This document shows positions 26,874 through 41,079 of a stretch of DNA of 64,000 bases, piece after piece. The notes beneath the pieces were generated by a model. That model worked only from the letters and a program-made list of their open reading frames with translations, did no database searches and was not told where the DNA came from. A program made the translations under genes and the position numbers. Where the stretch lies: the NCBI GenBank assembly GCA_951406725.2, contig OX597826.1, positions 4,836,001 to 4,900,000 of the forward strand. The letters run 5' to 3'. Every line of letters starts with the position of its first letter. Position 1 is the first letter of the stretch. Origin of the DNA: Octopus vulgaris (Eukaryota).

Positions 26874-27039
26874 TGAAAGTAAAATCTAGAAAAGTAATAG
26901 AAAATACTATGTACATGTGTGCATACATTCATATGTAGGACTGTACATGCACATGTTCCCATGTTGCCGTTCGAGTATATTTAAGCGAGACCACACTCAT
27001 ACACACAACGCGCACGGATATGTGAACGCATCTCTCTCA

Positions 27040-27107
<68 letters not shown>

Positions 27108-27485
27108 CAAACTTAGATACGTTCAAAATCTCACATACACGTCATACAATAACGAAAATAAAATGCCAAATCCAACCAGAGTAGAAAAATTATTCCGCTG
27201 CCATTTTTTTTTTTACGATAAAGCACTGTAGTCAAGAAACATTATTACTTCCTTTTTTTTCTTTTTGTTTCTTCCCCTCTTTTCTTTTCACTTACTTTGC
27301 AGATGCTGTATTTCTCCTTTTTCTTTTCTGTTCTTTTTCCCTTTTTTTTTTCTTTTCCACTTTTTCTTTTTTTTTTTTTTGTTAATAACTTGCACGAATG
27401 ATCTCGGAAAAATAAAAAAATAAAACTGAAATTTATCTTGTGATATCTGGAATAGATTACTAGTAAAGTAACACATTGGTTTCTC

Positions 27486-27486
<1 letters not shown>

Positions 27487-27557
<71 letters not shown>
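27487..27557. repeat. (ATT)n microsatellite
   Basis: Direct reading. Confidence 0.95.
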
Positions 27558-27558
<1 letters not shown>

Positions 27559-27559
27559 T

Positions 27560-28015
27560 CTGTGGTGAGTTGGCAGAATCACAAGAGCGTCAGCTAAATA
27601 CTTTGCACAGTATGCATTCTGACTCTTTGTATTCAGTAGTCAAATCTCATCAAGGTCAGCTTGGCCTTTCATCAATCTGGAGTCGACGAATCAAATTAAC
27701 AGTCAGCTTCCAGGACTGAAGGTATTGACTAACACTAATTTAAGGCGGCGAGCTGGCAGAATCGTTAGCACGCCGAGCGAAATGCTTAGCGGTATTTCGT
27801 CTGCCGCTACGTTCTGAGTTCAAATTCCGCCGAGGTCGACTTTGCCTTTCATCCTTTCGGAGTCGATTAAATAAGTACCAGTTACGCACTGGGGTCTATA
27901 TAATCGACTTAATCCATTTGTCTGTCCTTGTTTGTCCCCTCTGTGTTTGGCCCCTTGTGGGTAGTAAAGAAATAGGTATTGACTAACCCTCTCCCTTAAA
28001 ACTGCTAGCTATATC
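27560..28015 (+). mobile_element. Old SINE family B copy interrupted by a younger copy
   Basis: GGTGAGTTGGCAGAATC head and GGCCTTTCATC core; its tail resumes after 27987 (CCCTCTCCCTTAAAACTGCT). Confidence 0.7.
27744..27973 (+). mobile_element. Young full-length SINE family B with 14-bp target-site duplication
   Basis: GGCGGCGAGCTGGCAGAATCG (A box)...GAGTTCAAATTCC (B box)...GCCTTTCATCCTTTCGGAGTCG; AGGTATTGACTAAC at 27720-27733 and 27974-27987. Confidence 0.9.
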
Positions 28016-28074
28016 CTGTATAAAATTTTAAAAAAAATGTAGGACTTGAAATCTTCGTGCGGACAGAGTGGGGT

Positions 28075-28215
28075 TGGTGGTGGTGCTCAGTCGATTAAAG
28101 AGAAAACACTATCTGACTGCTACTTTATTTTATCGGCCCCGAAATTATGAAAAATAAAGTTGACCTTTGGAAACCGGAAGAAATGCCATTAAGCATTTTG
28201 TCCGGCACGCTAACT
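28075..28215 (-). mobile_element. SINE family B fragment (diverged)
   Basis: TACTTTATTTTATCGGCCCCGAAA...AAAGTTGACC...AAGCATTTTGTCCGGCACGCTAAC. Confidence 0.7.
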
Positions 28216-29495
28216 CTTTTAAAAACTTCTTCGGTCGAGCTGCTTTCGCAGACTGCCAATGACTCTCTGTCGCCATCAAATCTTATTATTATGAACTTAA
28301 ATTGGGATTTTGATAGTGAATCTTTCATTAGCTGATTACACAAACATGGACGCCGCCATTATATGTCCGTTGTAGTTACTGACTTTTTAGCGCTTGGTGA
28401 TCCTGACCGCTGATATTCTAGGATTCCTCCGTTCAGTATGAATGTAAAAATCACCGTTGCCTCAGTTGAGCTTTGCAGCTACGTCCTCACAATCCGCTAT
28501 GCCTAAACTTATCCGATGACTAAACTTATCTGACAGAATACGCTGTTGTCTTGAAACGTTTAGTAATTCCTTGCCGTATATTTCGCCAATCTCAGAATAA
28601 TGAGCAGCAGAAGACACAGGTGACATCTGCCATCAGAAGCTAATGGGATATAGCAAAATACGGCATTTGTTTGGTTGAGTTTGATCTATTACCGCTTGTG
28701 TTATATGCAATATGAATATAGATATTGACATTTTTGTTGCAACTAGAAATAAGCCAAATAGAATTACATAAACAGTTTCATATATTTTCATATATTTTCA
28801 AGCGATACGTATAAAGTTACATACATTCTCTGTCTTTCTCTAACCCTCTCTCTGTTTCACCCTTTCTACATTTCTCAAGTTCATGCTCTGTCTTTCGCGC
28901 TTATGCGCTTTTTTCACACAATACATACATACATACATAATGTATATGATATATATATATATAATATATATAATCTTTATATTTGTATATATATACATAG
29001 GTGTATACATATATTTGAGTATATATGTAGGTATAATATATATATAAATATTCACATATATATATACACTCATACAATTTACACTGAACTGTTGACCTAA
29101 TATTTCGGACAATAGACCGTGAAGCCGCCATGATAATCGAATGTCGCCTGGAATCCATTGAATCTATAAAAAATATTGTTCCCAAAACAATTAACAATGA
29201 AAATCTATGAACCAATGTCCTACCAACACTGTTGGCTTCGGGCTGATCTGTTCTGAATAGAATATTAAATCTGCTGTAAATAAAACACACAACCATTGTA
29301 TATTTTCGTATTCTTATAATTCGAAATTGTCCTTCTTCCAGCGCGTATATCATACTCTATCACTCTGCCATTCTCTATAGTGACACTTTTGGGTTTTTTC
29401 TTTCTTCCTATCTTTCTGAGTGTGCTTTAATACAATACTATACTTACTAAGCCGATATCCTATTTACAACAACAACAATAATAATAATCATGATG

Positions 29496-29546
<51 letters not shown>

Positions 29547-30400
29547 GCGGAATTGAAACAGATAGAAAAGGAAAATAAATGACAGAAAAAAATTACTCCA
29601 TGGCCAGTATTCCACTAGCAATGATAGAGAGGAAGAAAACTAGAATGGAAGCCAACAATGGCTGAAAAGCTATTGGCTATAAACAGAAATAGAAGGCCAT
29701 ATTTCAGCAGCACAGAATCAAGGCCTAACTACAAATAATTACAAAAGCAAAATCTTGAAAGAAGAAAAAGTAAATGCTATCATAATTGTAGTCTGTGCAG
29801 TCGTAAAGATTTGAGGTTGTCCAGTCCTTGTCAAACCACGATCGAGTCGATAGCTACGAACGCTGGGTAATATCCCAACCTCGCTACATGAAATTAGACA
29901 TAATCATCTTAATCACGTACAAAACGTGTTACAGCACACAACTATGCTTCAATCGTCTGCTACATGCCTTCATTGGCTTGGAAGAAACATCGAAGCAAAC
30001 CATGCAGATATAATTATTAAAGACAAGAATGATAATGCCTCATTGGTACAAAGGTATGGAAATGAGAACAACTTCAGAAAAAAATATATAAAATTCCCTC
30101 TGACACTACTGTAGAAAATTAAACTGGTGTAGAAAATTAATCTGGGACAAGCGAGTACATACATAGAATGAGAATAGATTTAACTGACAGATATGGTGGG
30201 AAAGTTGAGGAAACCTAGCTCATGTATACAACTTAATTTGGGTTGCACAAAGATGATAGCATCTAGGTAGATAAGGGTGATAACTCTACAAATATAAAGA
30301 TCTGATAACTGAAATAGCACTTATATGGAATATAGAATACAGAATGTTCTCGGTCATTATCGAAGAGGAGTTGTGTTACATAATACAGAAAAAATGTATC
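29547..30400 (+). mobile_element. R4/Dong-clade (RLE-type) non-LTR retrotransposon, decayed 3' portion
   Basis: Ordered motifs: *QKKLLHGQY; QQWLKS..TEIEGHISAAQNQGLTTNNYKSKIL; CSLC; GCPVL; HDRV..W; IEANHADIIIKDK (PD motif region); KLYKYKDLITEIALIW; VII. Begins immediately after an (AAT)n tract; about 200 bp of unrelated DNA at 30060-30270. Confidence 0.8.
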
Positions 30401-30931
30401 AAAAATGAGCATGATCGTTTTTCTGATTTTTGAAGCTACGAAAACACCTTAGTGCGCCTTAGGTGTGTCAATATTCGGTGTTAAATACTACTTAATTATT
30501 TTTTAGTGAAGAAAGTATTATGACAAAATCAGATATATGTTAGAGATGCAGCAATATTTCTGGTAGTGTTCCGTTATTCTTAACAGCATAATAATATGGA
30601 TGCAAACAAAATTTACTCCCCCCCCCCCTTTTTTTTTCTCTGGCATGCTCGGTGTTAACATATTGAAAATACGATTGATGAAAATATTTCTAGTGCCATG
30701 TTTTAGCCAAATGGAAGTACGTCTTCACACTTGTCAAAGTTGAAAGATTGTCTTTTAGAAAGTAGAACTTAAATCAGCATCAGAAAATAACGACAGAAAT
30801 GAGGTAGTAAAGAAAAACTTTCGCGTGTCACAGCAATACATACTTATGCACCGTTACACACACACACACACACACACACACAATGTATATATATATACAC
30901 ATACATACATACACATATATATATACATATG

Positions 30932-31049
<118 letters not shown>

Positions 31050-31881
31050 TACATATATATATATAATGTATATACATACATATGTAATATTCTTGATCAA
31101 TACAAGTGAAATTACCAAGTAAAAGATTATTGGATTGGATTGGTTGGTCATCAATTGTTATTTCACTCATAATTATATGTTTCAGGACTGAACACCATGT
31201 TCTATGTTGCATCTTTCTTTTCAGCTAAAAGTATGAGACATTCATCACATTTTCTGGGTGGTATAAAGAATCGATAGATATCAGCAACCATTGAAGACAT
31301 ATTTTGTCCGCTTAGAGTCAAGAAATTTACTATTAATCACACATAACTCGGTCAAAAATTAGACAAGCAAATCTATGACGTCGATGCATATAACCGTCAA
31401 AGAATCAATAAATTGGTTAAGACTAAGATATATTTCCCCTTTTTCAAATCTTATGATCAAAAAGCATATATTTTCCTGGGGTTTACGTATAAATAATCCG
31501 GGCCAAATGCGGTGCATCCTATGTAGGCTCATCAAGATAGCTGGCAAATTGTCTTGAGATTATATCATGCGATCAAGGCAATGTAATCTTAGATGCAAAA
31601 ATATACCTAGATTCTGTGGAGTGTTTATGGCTGAAAAGCCTGCATCTTAGGTCTGCTTAGTCAGGGCCGACATGGAGCTAACAAGAACAACACAGAGTAT
31701 ATCCCCCAACAACAACAACATACAGCAAAATTGCAACCTCTTATGCCAATCTGTCTAACGTATGACAAATTTACTGACTTAGTGCTATCTCTTTGACTTC
31801 GTTCTCCATCATTTCAGATAATATCTTGTGCTTATATTCTCACTATATTTCATTTACGTTAAGAAATCATCTGTATTTCCC

Positions 31882-31927
<46 letters not shown>

Positions 31928-32116
31928 TTCATCTTCTGATTTGTATTGATGCAGTGTGTTCCTGTTTTCTACCTTACGGTCTATTTCCATCTCATCTGCA
32001 GTGTAGTTTTTGTCTTACAACAAGATTGATGTTTGCATACGATATTCGAAGTGGAATTTCTGTAGGGATAAAATGTAGGAGGCAGGTGTATTTAATTCTC
32101 TGCCATAATGGCAGCA

Positions 32117-32164
<48 letters not shown>

Positions 32165-32721
32165 CGAGAGAGAGAGAGAGAGCGTATGTATTCTAGGCTA
32201 GTGTGAGTGTATCAGCGTGTTTTATGGCAAGTTTCCATGTCGCCACTTGCCCTACACGAAAATTATAACGTAGTTAATAATAGAATGTTACATGGACAAA
32301 ATTTTTCGAATGATTCTAAAATTAAAAGAAAATCTAAAAAAAACAAAAAAAACAAAGAAATCTATAAAAAAAAAATTAACAAAGAAATCTATGCCTGTGT
32401 ATGTATAGGGTAAAAATGAATTCTGTGTAGCGGTTTATTTTCATAACAAACACTTCTATACATATGTCACTTGACTAACCATCTCTCTACGAATTACATA
32501 TCCCGAAATATTTGCCACTCTTTCAGTCGTGTTAACACAGGCATTTTTCATCACGTTGGTTTCAGCATATTTGGTGTAGCTTTCAGTAACGAAATCTCAA
32601 CCGGGTTCTACTATAAACATGTTTTTTTAAAAGAATACATGTGAAATCTTAATTGCTGAAAATCTAAACCGTACAGTCAGCACCTGGTAAATTGCGTTAC
32701 GGTGTTGTATTCTCTATCTAC

Positions 32722-32863
<142 letters not shown>

Positions 32864-33114
32864 AGCTGCCTGCCTGTCTGTCTATTTATCACACGCACTA
32901 CCACAAGAAGGTATTTATCATTCTCTCTACAGCTAAGTGTTCGTATATTAGTGAAGGTTAATTTGTGTAAATGCACACACACATTAACTCATTCAAACAT
33001 TCACACAGATGCAGACATGTATATGTGTGTGTATATGTGTATATGTGTATGTGCGTGTGTGTGTGTGTGTGGGGGGGTTACGAATGCTTTTAAAAGTATA
33101 AAGACGATGTAAAG

Positions 33115-33245
33115 AGGAAAAAGCAAAGTGTATTAGATTCAAGCTGAGGAAAATTCGAAGAAATCTCTAATGTTTCGAGCCTATGCTCTTTTTCGGAAAA
33201 GAAAGATGGGGAGGGAGAAAAATAAGGAGAAATGAACAAGTGTGT
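33115..33245 (-). mobile_element. Short hammerhead-like element, GAGC/GCTC family, core degenerate
   Basis: Minus strand: tttt CCGAAAA A GAGC ATAG GCTC GAAA CATT AGAG...TTCCTCAGC..CTAATACAC. Confidence 0.6.
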
Positions 33246-34250
33246 TTCAATTATAAGGTCACCGCCTGCTGAAATGTCCGGAAGAGGGAAAATCGGTACT
33301 CTAAGAGTAAGCGTTTGGAGAATTCCACGATTTCAGCTCTAGTTAAACCTGAACTTTAATCAATATATTAAAATTATATCATCCCTGTATTCAGTTCTCT
33401 TTTACTTTGTTCGTTATTTCACTATGTATGTGAATTCGTTTAATATATCGGAAGAAACCATAACTTTTTCTCCGCATCTCACTCTATGTCTCTCTCTGTA
33501 TTTGGTTTGTGTATGGGTGTATAGCTAGGTAGGTGCATTTCTCTTACAGATAGGTCATTTAATATTTAAATTTATTTCAGTTCTGATTTAAGAGCCGTCA
33601 AAAAGCAAAACAGAAATATGCAAATGCTGTTGAATGTATTACTGCGTTATATAACAGCTGAACAGCTTATGATTCTCATTGGGGAAGAAAAATTGGTGTC
33701 TTTTTCAGGAAGCCAACAGGCCTTTTTTGATTTTATGTTTTTTTTTTTCTGGTATGACAAATGGACAGAAAAAAATGTGTTATATCCTTATATTTCTCTC
33801 CATAACTAAACCTCCTAATATTTAATTAAATTTATTTCAATCTTCCTTATTCAAGCTGCTCACTGCACAGTATATACATGCAGACAAGCATAGATAGTCA
33901 TATTAAGTGAGAACTGGGCAGACCCCCCCACAAACACACATACACACACACACAGAGCTATAAATGGGTGGGTAGGGAGATAAGTTGCTAGAATGATTAC
34001 CATATATATCGGCCGGTTTGGTATATGATTAAAGAGAGTGATTCTGCATGAATTAAAGAAAAAAATTAACCACAATTTTATTAGAGTAGCTTCCTGAATA
34101 AGTACAGAGACAAAGAGAGGGGGGATAGAATGAGACGAACTCAAATAGACACATAGACAAGAGAGGTGTCCTACGTAGTGCGTCATCTCAATACACACCA
34201 CACCATATAGTTAATCAGAGTGAATTTGATATTACTAATTTACTGTTTTT

Positions 34251-34528
34251 TTACTCTTTTTTACTTGTTTCAGTCATTTGACTGCTGCCACCCTGGAGCA
34301 CCCCCCATCGATTGTCCAGCGATGCTGGAGGGGGGAAAAACACAGACACACAAACATATACACACACATATACATATATACGACGGGCTTTCAGTTTCTG
34401 TCAACCAAATCCGCTCACAAAGCTTTGGTCGGACCGAAGCTATAGTAGAAGACATTTGCCCAGTGGGAATGAACTCGGAACCATGTGGTTGGTAAGCAAG
34501 CTACTTACCACACAGCCACTCCTGCGCC
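34251..34528 (-). mobile_element. SINE family A with internal deletions
   Basis: Ends ...CACAGCCACTCCTGCGCC (reverse complement of the 5' end); tail at 34251. Confidence 0.85.
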
Positions 34529-35462
34529 TAAAAAAGAGTTGCGACAACAAAGAGAATAATTTTTAAATTATTCTCAATGTTAGGCTTATTTTATTTGCTG
34601 AGATAATTCTTTATATATGCGGTGTGCTATAATTTGTTCGTTAAACTTGATTCATAAAACACATCTTTTTGATTTCTAGAAAGCAGTTGCTTTTTGAATC
34701 GAGGGAATATAGACATTCTTACTGTGTGTTGTTATCATCGTCATCGTTTTCGTTTAGATACATCATGAGGCATCCTGTCCATGCTTTTCTTGGCTACTGT
34801 TGTCTCTCCAGAAATAGTGTTCACTGAGATCAATTCAACGGCGTGTTGTCGTGTTTAAGACGGCACTCCAAGCTGAAATTTATGCAGCGATATATTAGGG
34901 ATAGCAGTATATTATAAAACATATGGTTCATAGTACAGGAAAATGGTGCCTAATCTGGAGAAATAAAGGACAGAATCAGAATCAGGACAATTTTTTCACC
35001 CAGAAACAAGTCTTTCTTAACTTGTCCTTTTTTTAAACCCGAAATTTGTTGCACAGTGTATGTTGAAGTGTGTTCCAATGGCGGACATCGCAGGCATACG
35101 ATAGACGTCCTCTTTTCATAAATATATCTGTTTATGAACGTAAATGAATTATTGGTTTGATTGAGGGAAAACGAAGACTAAATAAAAGGAAACAATACAG
35201 CAGAGGACATAGTAAATACAAGTCACATAAATGAATATCTGATAGTTGCATGATTTCAATGTTTATGTATTTTTCAAACATCACAAATAAAACGAAATAA
35301 CAGTAATATAAGATGGCAAAATTATAAGAACAAAAAACAAAAGCAGAAACATATAGAAGTTTGTTTAATTTTTTTCAACTGGGTAATGGCTACAATTGTA
35401 TTTCAGTTTATTCACACATGCGTTCGTACGCACACGTGTGTGTGTATATATTCGTATTTATA

Positions 35463-35838
<376 letters not shown>

Positions 35839-36734
35839 CGGCGTACGTACACTTTGTTTTCTTATATATATATATATATATATAAATGTAAGTATGTATG
35901 TATATATAAGTATGAATTTATATGTAAGTATGCATGTGTATATATGAAATTATATGTGCTTACATGCATATATATATATGTGTGTGTGTGTCTCTGAGTC
36001 TGTTTATGTGTGTGATATGCGTACGTATATGCACGAGTCTATGCATGCGTGCATATATAAAGAGTTATATGCTTACATAAATATGCGCACATTTAAATCA
36101 ACACACATGCGCATACGGGCACACGCTTACACACACACACACGCTCACTGTCTTCATATCGCAATTATTTTCGAGTAGGATTTCTGATTACAAACGAGAC
36201 CATTATAATTGTAATATAAATATAACCACACATTAGTTTCGTAGTTTTCTGTCATTGACGTCACCGACGTCCCTCAGTAGTTCAAACTGTCTGTTAAAAT
36301 GATTAAAATAGCCAACGTTAATATTAAAATAGTCTTTTGTTCTGAGAAATGTCAATGTAAATCATAAGAAAATACTTTGTAGACAGAAAGCTTTGATGAA
36401 TGAATTGTATAAGATGTTGAATGGGAAGTGACACAGAAACGGTTAAAAAGACAATAGTACGATTGTAATCGGTAACTTGGTATTATAGAGACTTATGCAA
36501 ATACATGCATATGGGTGTTTAAGAAAATATATTATGATATATACGGACGTACGTATATTTACAGCGCTGATTAAATATGGCACAGAAACACACAAGCAGG
36601 GACTTCCAGACTCACACACACTCACACACACACAGACAAACACACACGCCCACTCTCAATTATATATACATATTATGTTTGTATTTGTAGTATATATGTG
36701 TGTGTATGTGTTTGCGTGTATAATCGCGTATATA

Positions 36735-36978
36735 TTCTTTTACTTGTTTCAGTCATTTGATTAACGACCATGCTGGAGCACCGCCTTTAGTCGAACAAAT
36801 CGATAACCAGGACTTATTCTTCGTAAGCCTAGTACTAATTCTATCTGTGTCTATTTGCCGAACCGCTAAGTTACAGGGATGTAAACACACCAACATCGGT
36901 TGTCAAACGATGATTGGGAGTGGGGCAAACACAGACACACATACACATATACATACATACATATATACATACATACAT

Positions 36979-37032
<54 letters not shown>

Positions 37033-37159
37033 GACGGACTACTTTCATTTTCCGTCTATCACATCCACTCACAAGGCTGCGTTCGGTCTGAGGCCACGCA
37101 GTGGGACTGAACTCGGGACCATGTAGTTAGGAAGCAAGCTTCTTAACTCACTGCCACTC
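36735..37159 (-). mobile_element. SINE family A
   Basis: Full tail-microsatellite-head reverse complement; a plus-strand tail fragment follows at about 37226-37280. Confidence 0.85.
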
Positions 37160-37799
37160 ATATATGTATTATATATATATAATACAAATTATATATATAT
37201 ATATAATCGGCAAATAGGCACACCTAGAATTAGTACTAGGCTTACAAAGAATTAGTCCTGGTTATCGATTTGCTCGACTATATAGAACACTAAGGTAGTC
37301 AGAATATTGGATGCTTATATATATATATATGATTCTTCTATAAGAATAGTGTTGATAATGACTTCAAAATGGTTCCCAGTTAACCTTCATCGAACAACCC
37401 CATAGACCGATACTCCGAATTCCCTCTCGACACTATTCTAGTCAATGAATAATAGGTATGTACTCTGCACAAAACATTCTGTAATGCTTCAGTTTTATGT
37501 AAAATTTTCATTAGTACCTGTCACGAAAACAAACATTATATGTATGTATGTGTGTTTGAATATATATATATATGTGTGAGTGTGTGTGTGTATATATACA
37601 AACACACACACTCTGAAATACATAAATCAATGGATTGAAGCATGATTATTTTATATGTTGGTTGGTGAATTCTGCTGTAGAAATATGGCTCTAAATTCTG
37701 GTTTCAAATAATATTTTTTTCCTCCTGTTTCTAGAGAAATATAAAGGAGAGCATATCTTTATGCGCATCTTGACAGTTGTAAAAGTATATCTCTAACTC

Positions 37800-38416
37800 A
37801 ATAAAGAATATTGATCTATAGAGAATTACCTTGAATTCTTTGATTTATCTATTCTCCAGCCAGTTGTTTCTGACTTTGCAACAAAGGCTAAGTTATCTGC
37901 CCTTATCTGTTGCAACTCTACCAAAGTGAATTTTTGTCTTCCTTTCTCTATATTCAGTCATTTATTGATTCGGTTTGAAATCATTCTATCCCGGCTTCTT
38001 CTTATTTCTTTCACTTTCATTCTGACACTTGCACTTTCTTAGATTGTTCTTCACATTATCCTTCTTTCTATTTCTCACACTCTCCTCTCTCTCTCTCTCT
38101 CTCTTTCTCTCACTGTTACTCTTTTTTTCCATGGTACACTCTCCATATCTTAATGACCTTTCCACTCATTCTCTTTCTTTCTGGCTCTCACAACTACCTC
38201 TATGTTTATTTCTATCTGTCTCCTCCACCGATCTCCATTGCTTTCAAATTCCATAGATTTACTGGAATACAGAGAATTATTATGAATAGGCAAAGATTAC
38301 TGATTTGATATGAAAATAGATAATCCGTAAGACATTTTCTAGATCGATATTAACCATATACATACATACATTCATACATACATTCTTACACACACACGCA
38401 CTTATATGTGTGTATG

Positions 38417-38507
<91 letters not shown>

Positions 38508-39130
38508 TGTGTATGCGTGTCTGTGTCATATGTATCTATCTATATAAGTAAAATACCTAAAAATATACGTATGTAGTCAAATGTAAAATAGATATTAATG
38601 TGTAGCAACCTTAGATCATATATCTTCACAATCCTCCATTATCTCCATCTCTGGAGTAGCCACACATGCATACATACATGTGCTGTGTCTCAAAAACCTT
38701 TACCCATGGTAAGGAGAGGCCAAATGTGACTTCTACTTCTTCCAACGATGTTATTGCTGTTTTTCTTTAACCCTAGATCACTCATGATTTATTCTCGGAT
38801 TCATTTCAGCCGCAAAGATACTGTTTTCATATTGTTATTTCTTATTTACTTATTTTTAGGCATAGTGCACCTAGGAATATATTATCGAAACAGACGTGCT
38901 GTCTCTTCTTCCTACTTATATTATCATGACTATAACTGCTTCAGCTACTTGCATACTGTTTTCAAGGAGACTCACTCGATATACCTGTAACTACTCCTCT
39001 ATCTACCCCTTATATCTCCCCACCGCCTTTAACATCTTTCTTTCATTCCGTTTTCCTGAGAAAGCCAGCCAGCTGCAATTCCATCTACAGATTCACTGCA
39101 GACATGGGCTTTCATATATTCAGGTTAAAA
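37800..39130 (-). pseudogene. Decayed RTE-like LINE (APE endonuclease and linker region), split by microsatellites
   Basis: Minus strand, in order: FSGKRNERKMLKAVG (cf. YSG....GVG), VSIIYS*VHYA (cf. IIQVYAP), IMSDLGLK (cf. IMGDFNAK), NIVGR, CKVRNNWLEN. Confidence 0.45.
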
Positions 39131-39667
39131 CCCTAATATATGTAATATATGAATTTTATTGATCTTAAGATTCTACAAGGACTGGAGAAGGTCATGGATA
39201 TCTCCTTTTCCACCCGGTTAAGCCATACGTAAAGGCAACATGTTTTCTAGCGTTTGAAGTCGGTAGAGTTTTGCATGAAGGCGACTTGGCTCTGAATTCT
39301 TAAGGCGATTTTGGCAGAGTCGTTCGAGTGTTGAATAGAGTCCATCCTTGGAAGCAATGATTCCGACTCAGTACACACTGAGTTCAAATGCCCTCAGATC
39401 AACTTTCTATGTATGAAAATCGAATTGGATCTCTAGCAGTTTGCGTTCTGACTCTTAACCTAGTGAGTTCAAATTTCACCATGCCCTATGTTGCTGGCAG
39501 ACCTTATTGGTCATCCAATTTTGCAACTCTACATGGCACCTTTGCTAAATTTATCAGATCCTTTTTTGTGGCTAGAATTCGCACCAGGTCCCTGCAGGGG
39601 GTCATGGGCACAGGTTTCCCTGGGTTGAGATAACAAACACTTGTACAATTATATAGAGTGCGTATAA

Positions 39668-39813
39668 CAGGAGTGGCTGTGTGGTAAGTGGCTTGCTTAC
39701 CAACCATATGGTTCCGGGTTCATTCTCACTGCGTAAAACCTTGGGCAAGTGTTTTCTACTATTGCCTCGGTCCGGCCAAAACCTTGTGAGTGGTTTTGCC
39801 CGCCGTATATATG

Positions 39814-39857
<44 letters not shown>

Positions 39858-40131
39858 CGTGTGTGCGTGTGTGTGTGTGTGTCTGTGTGTCTGTGTGTGT
39901 GTGCGTGTGTGTGTGTGCGTGTGTGTTTGTGTGTCTGTGTTTGTCCCCCTAACATCGCTTGACAACCGACGCTAGTCTGTTTACATTCCCGGTTCGGCAA
40001 AAGAGATCGCTAGAATAAGTACTAGGCTTACAAAGAATAAGTCCTGGGGGCGATTTGCTCGACTAAAGGTGGTGCTCCAGCATGGCCGCTGTCAAATGAC
40101 TGAAACAAGTAAAAGAGCAAAGAATAAAGAG
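39668..40131 (+). mobile_element. SINE family A, full length
   Basis: CAGGAGTGGCTGTGTGGTAAG head, expanded (TA)/(TG) centre, tail TGACTGAAACAAGTAAAAGAG. Confidence 0.9.
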
Positions 40132-40178
40132 TATATATGGCCAACGATTTCAATCCGTTTCAAAATAACTATGGTACC

Positions 40179-40223
40179 CAGTGCTGATGAGCTGAAAGAA
40201 CAGCGAAATGTCGATATCAACCG
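40179..40223 (+). ncRNA. Type I hammerhead motif, third family; core and helices II/III intact, helix I eroded
   Basis: cagtg CUGAUGA GCUG-aaagaa-CAGC GAAA UGUCGAUA UC^aaccg: canonical core, G10.1-C11.1 pair, near-palindromic helix III (ATGTCGATAT), AUC triplet; two mismatches in the 5-bp helix I. Confidence 0.7.
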
Positions 40224-40600
40224 TTCTCGCTCACCCTTAGGGATAATTCGTTTCACCTGGTTTATAGTATTCAGTTTCTTTCTTACTCTCGACGTCTTAA
40301 AGGGACTTTTACCTACAAAAAATATCGCAGTTAAGACACATATACCCAAAACGTGTACATTAAATTTGAGACGTAGTTAATGTTTGTGTGTGTATATTAT
40401 GATACATTATGATATATTGAAGCTTCGAAGTCACTGTCAAAGAAAGTCTAATGAATATTATTATACTCTACACATTTGGTCTTATATTCAGTCAATGTTC
40501 CTTGTATTAATGCATATGTATAACGTACTTTTAACTACACACTTTCATGAACGCATATGCTCAAGAACACACATATAGACAAATATGTGTGTCTGTGTCA

Positions 40601-40700
<100 letters not shown>

Positions 40701-40797
40701 ACAATATGTTATGTAACATATTGTATAGATAAATTTCCTCTATTTACATAATATTGAGGTCTCTTTCTTTCTTTCTTTTGTTATCTTACCGTTTTAT

Positions 40798-40838
<41 letters not shown>

Positions 40839-40989
40839 CACACACATATATATATATACATACACACACACACACCTATATATATATATATACACACATA
40901 TATACATATATATACACACACACATACATACATATGCACGCTTGTATGCAGACACACATACCATCTTACACACATACAAACATATTTAT

Positions 40990-41056
<67 letters not shown>

Positions 41057-41079
41057 TACATATGTATTTCTCTATCTCT

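Noticed and set aside
29310-29345. Minus-strand CTGGAAGA AGGACAATTT CGAATT, possible pLTR hammerhead relic
   Set aside because: Core has an insertion and lacks GAAA; cannot be supported.
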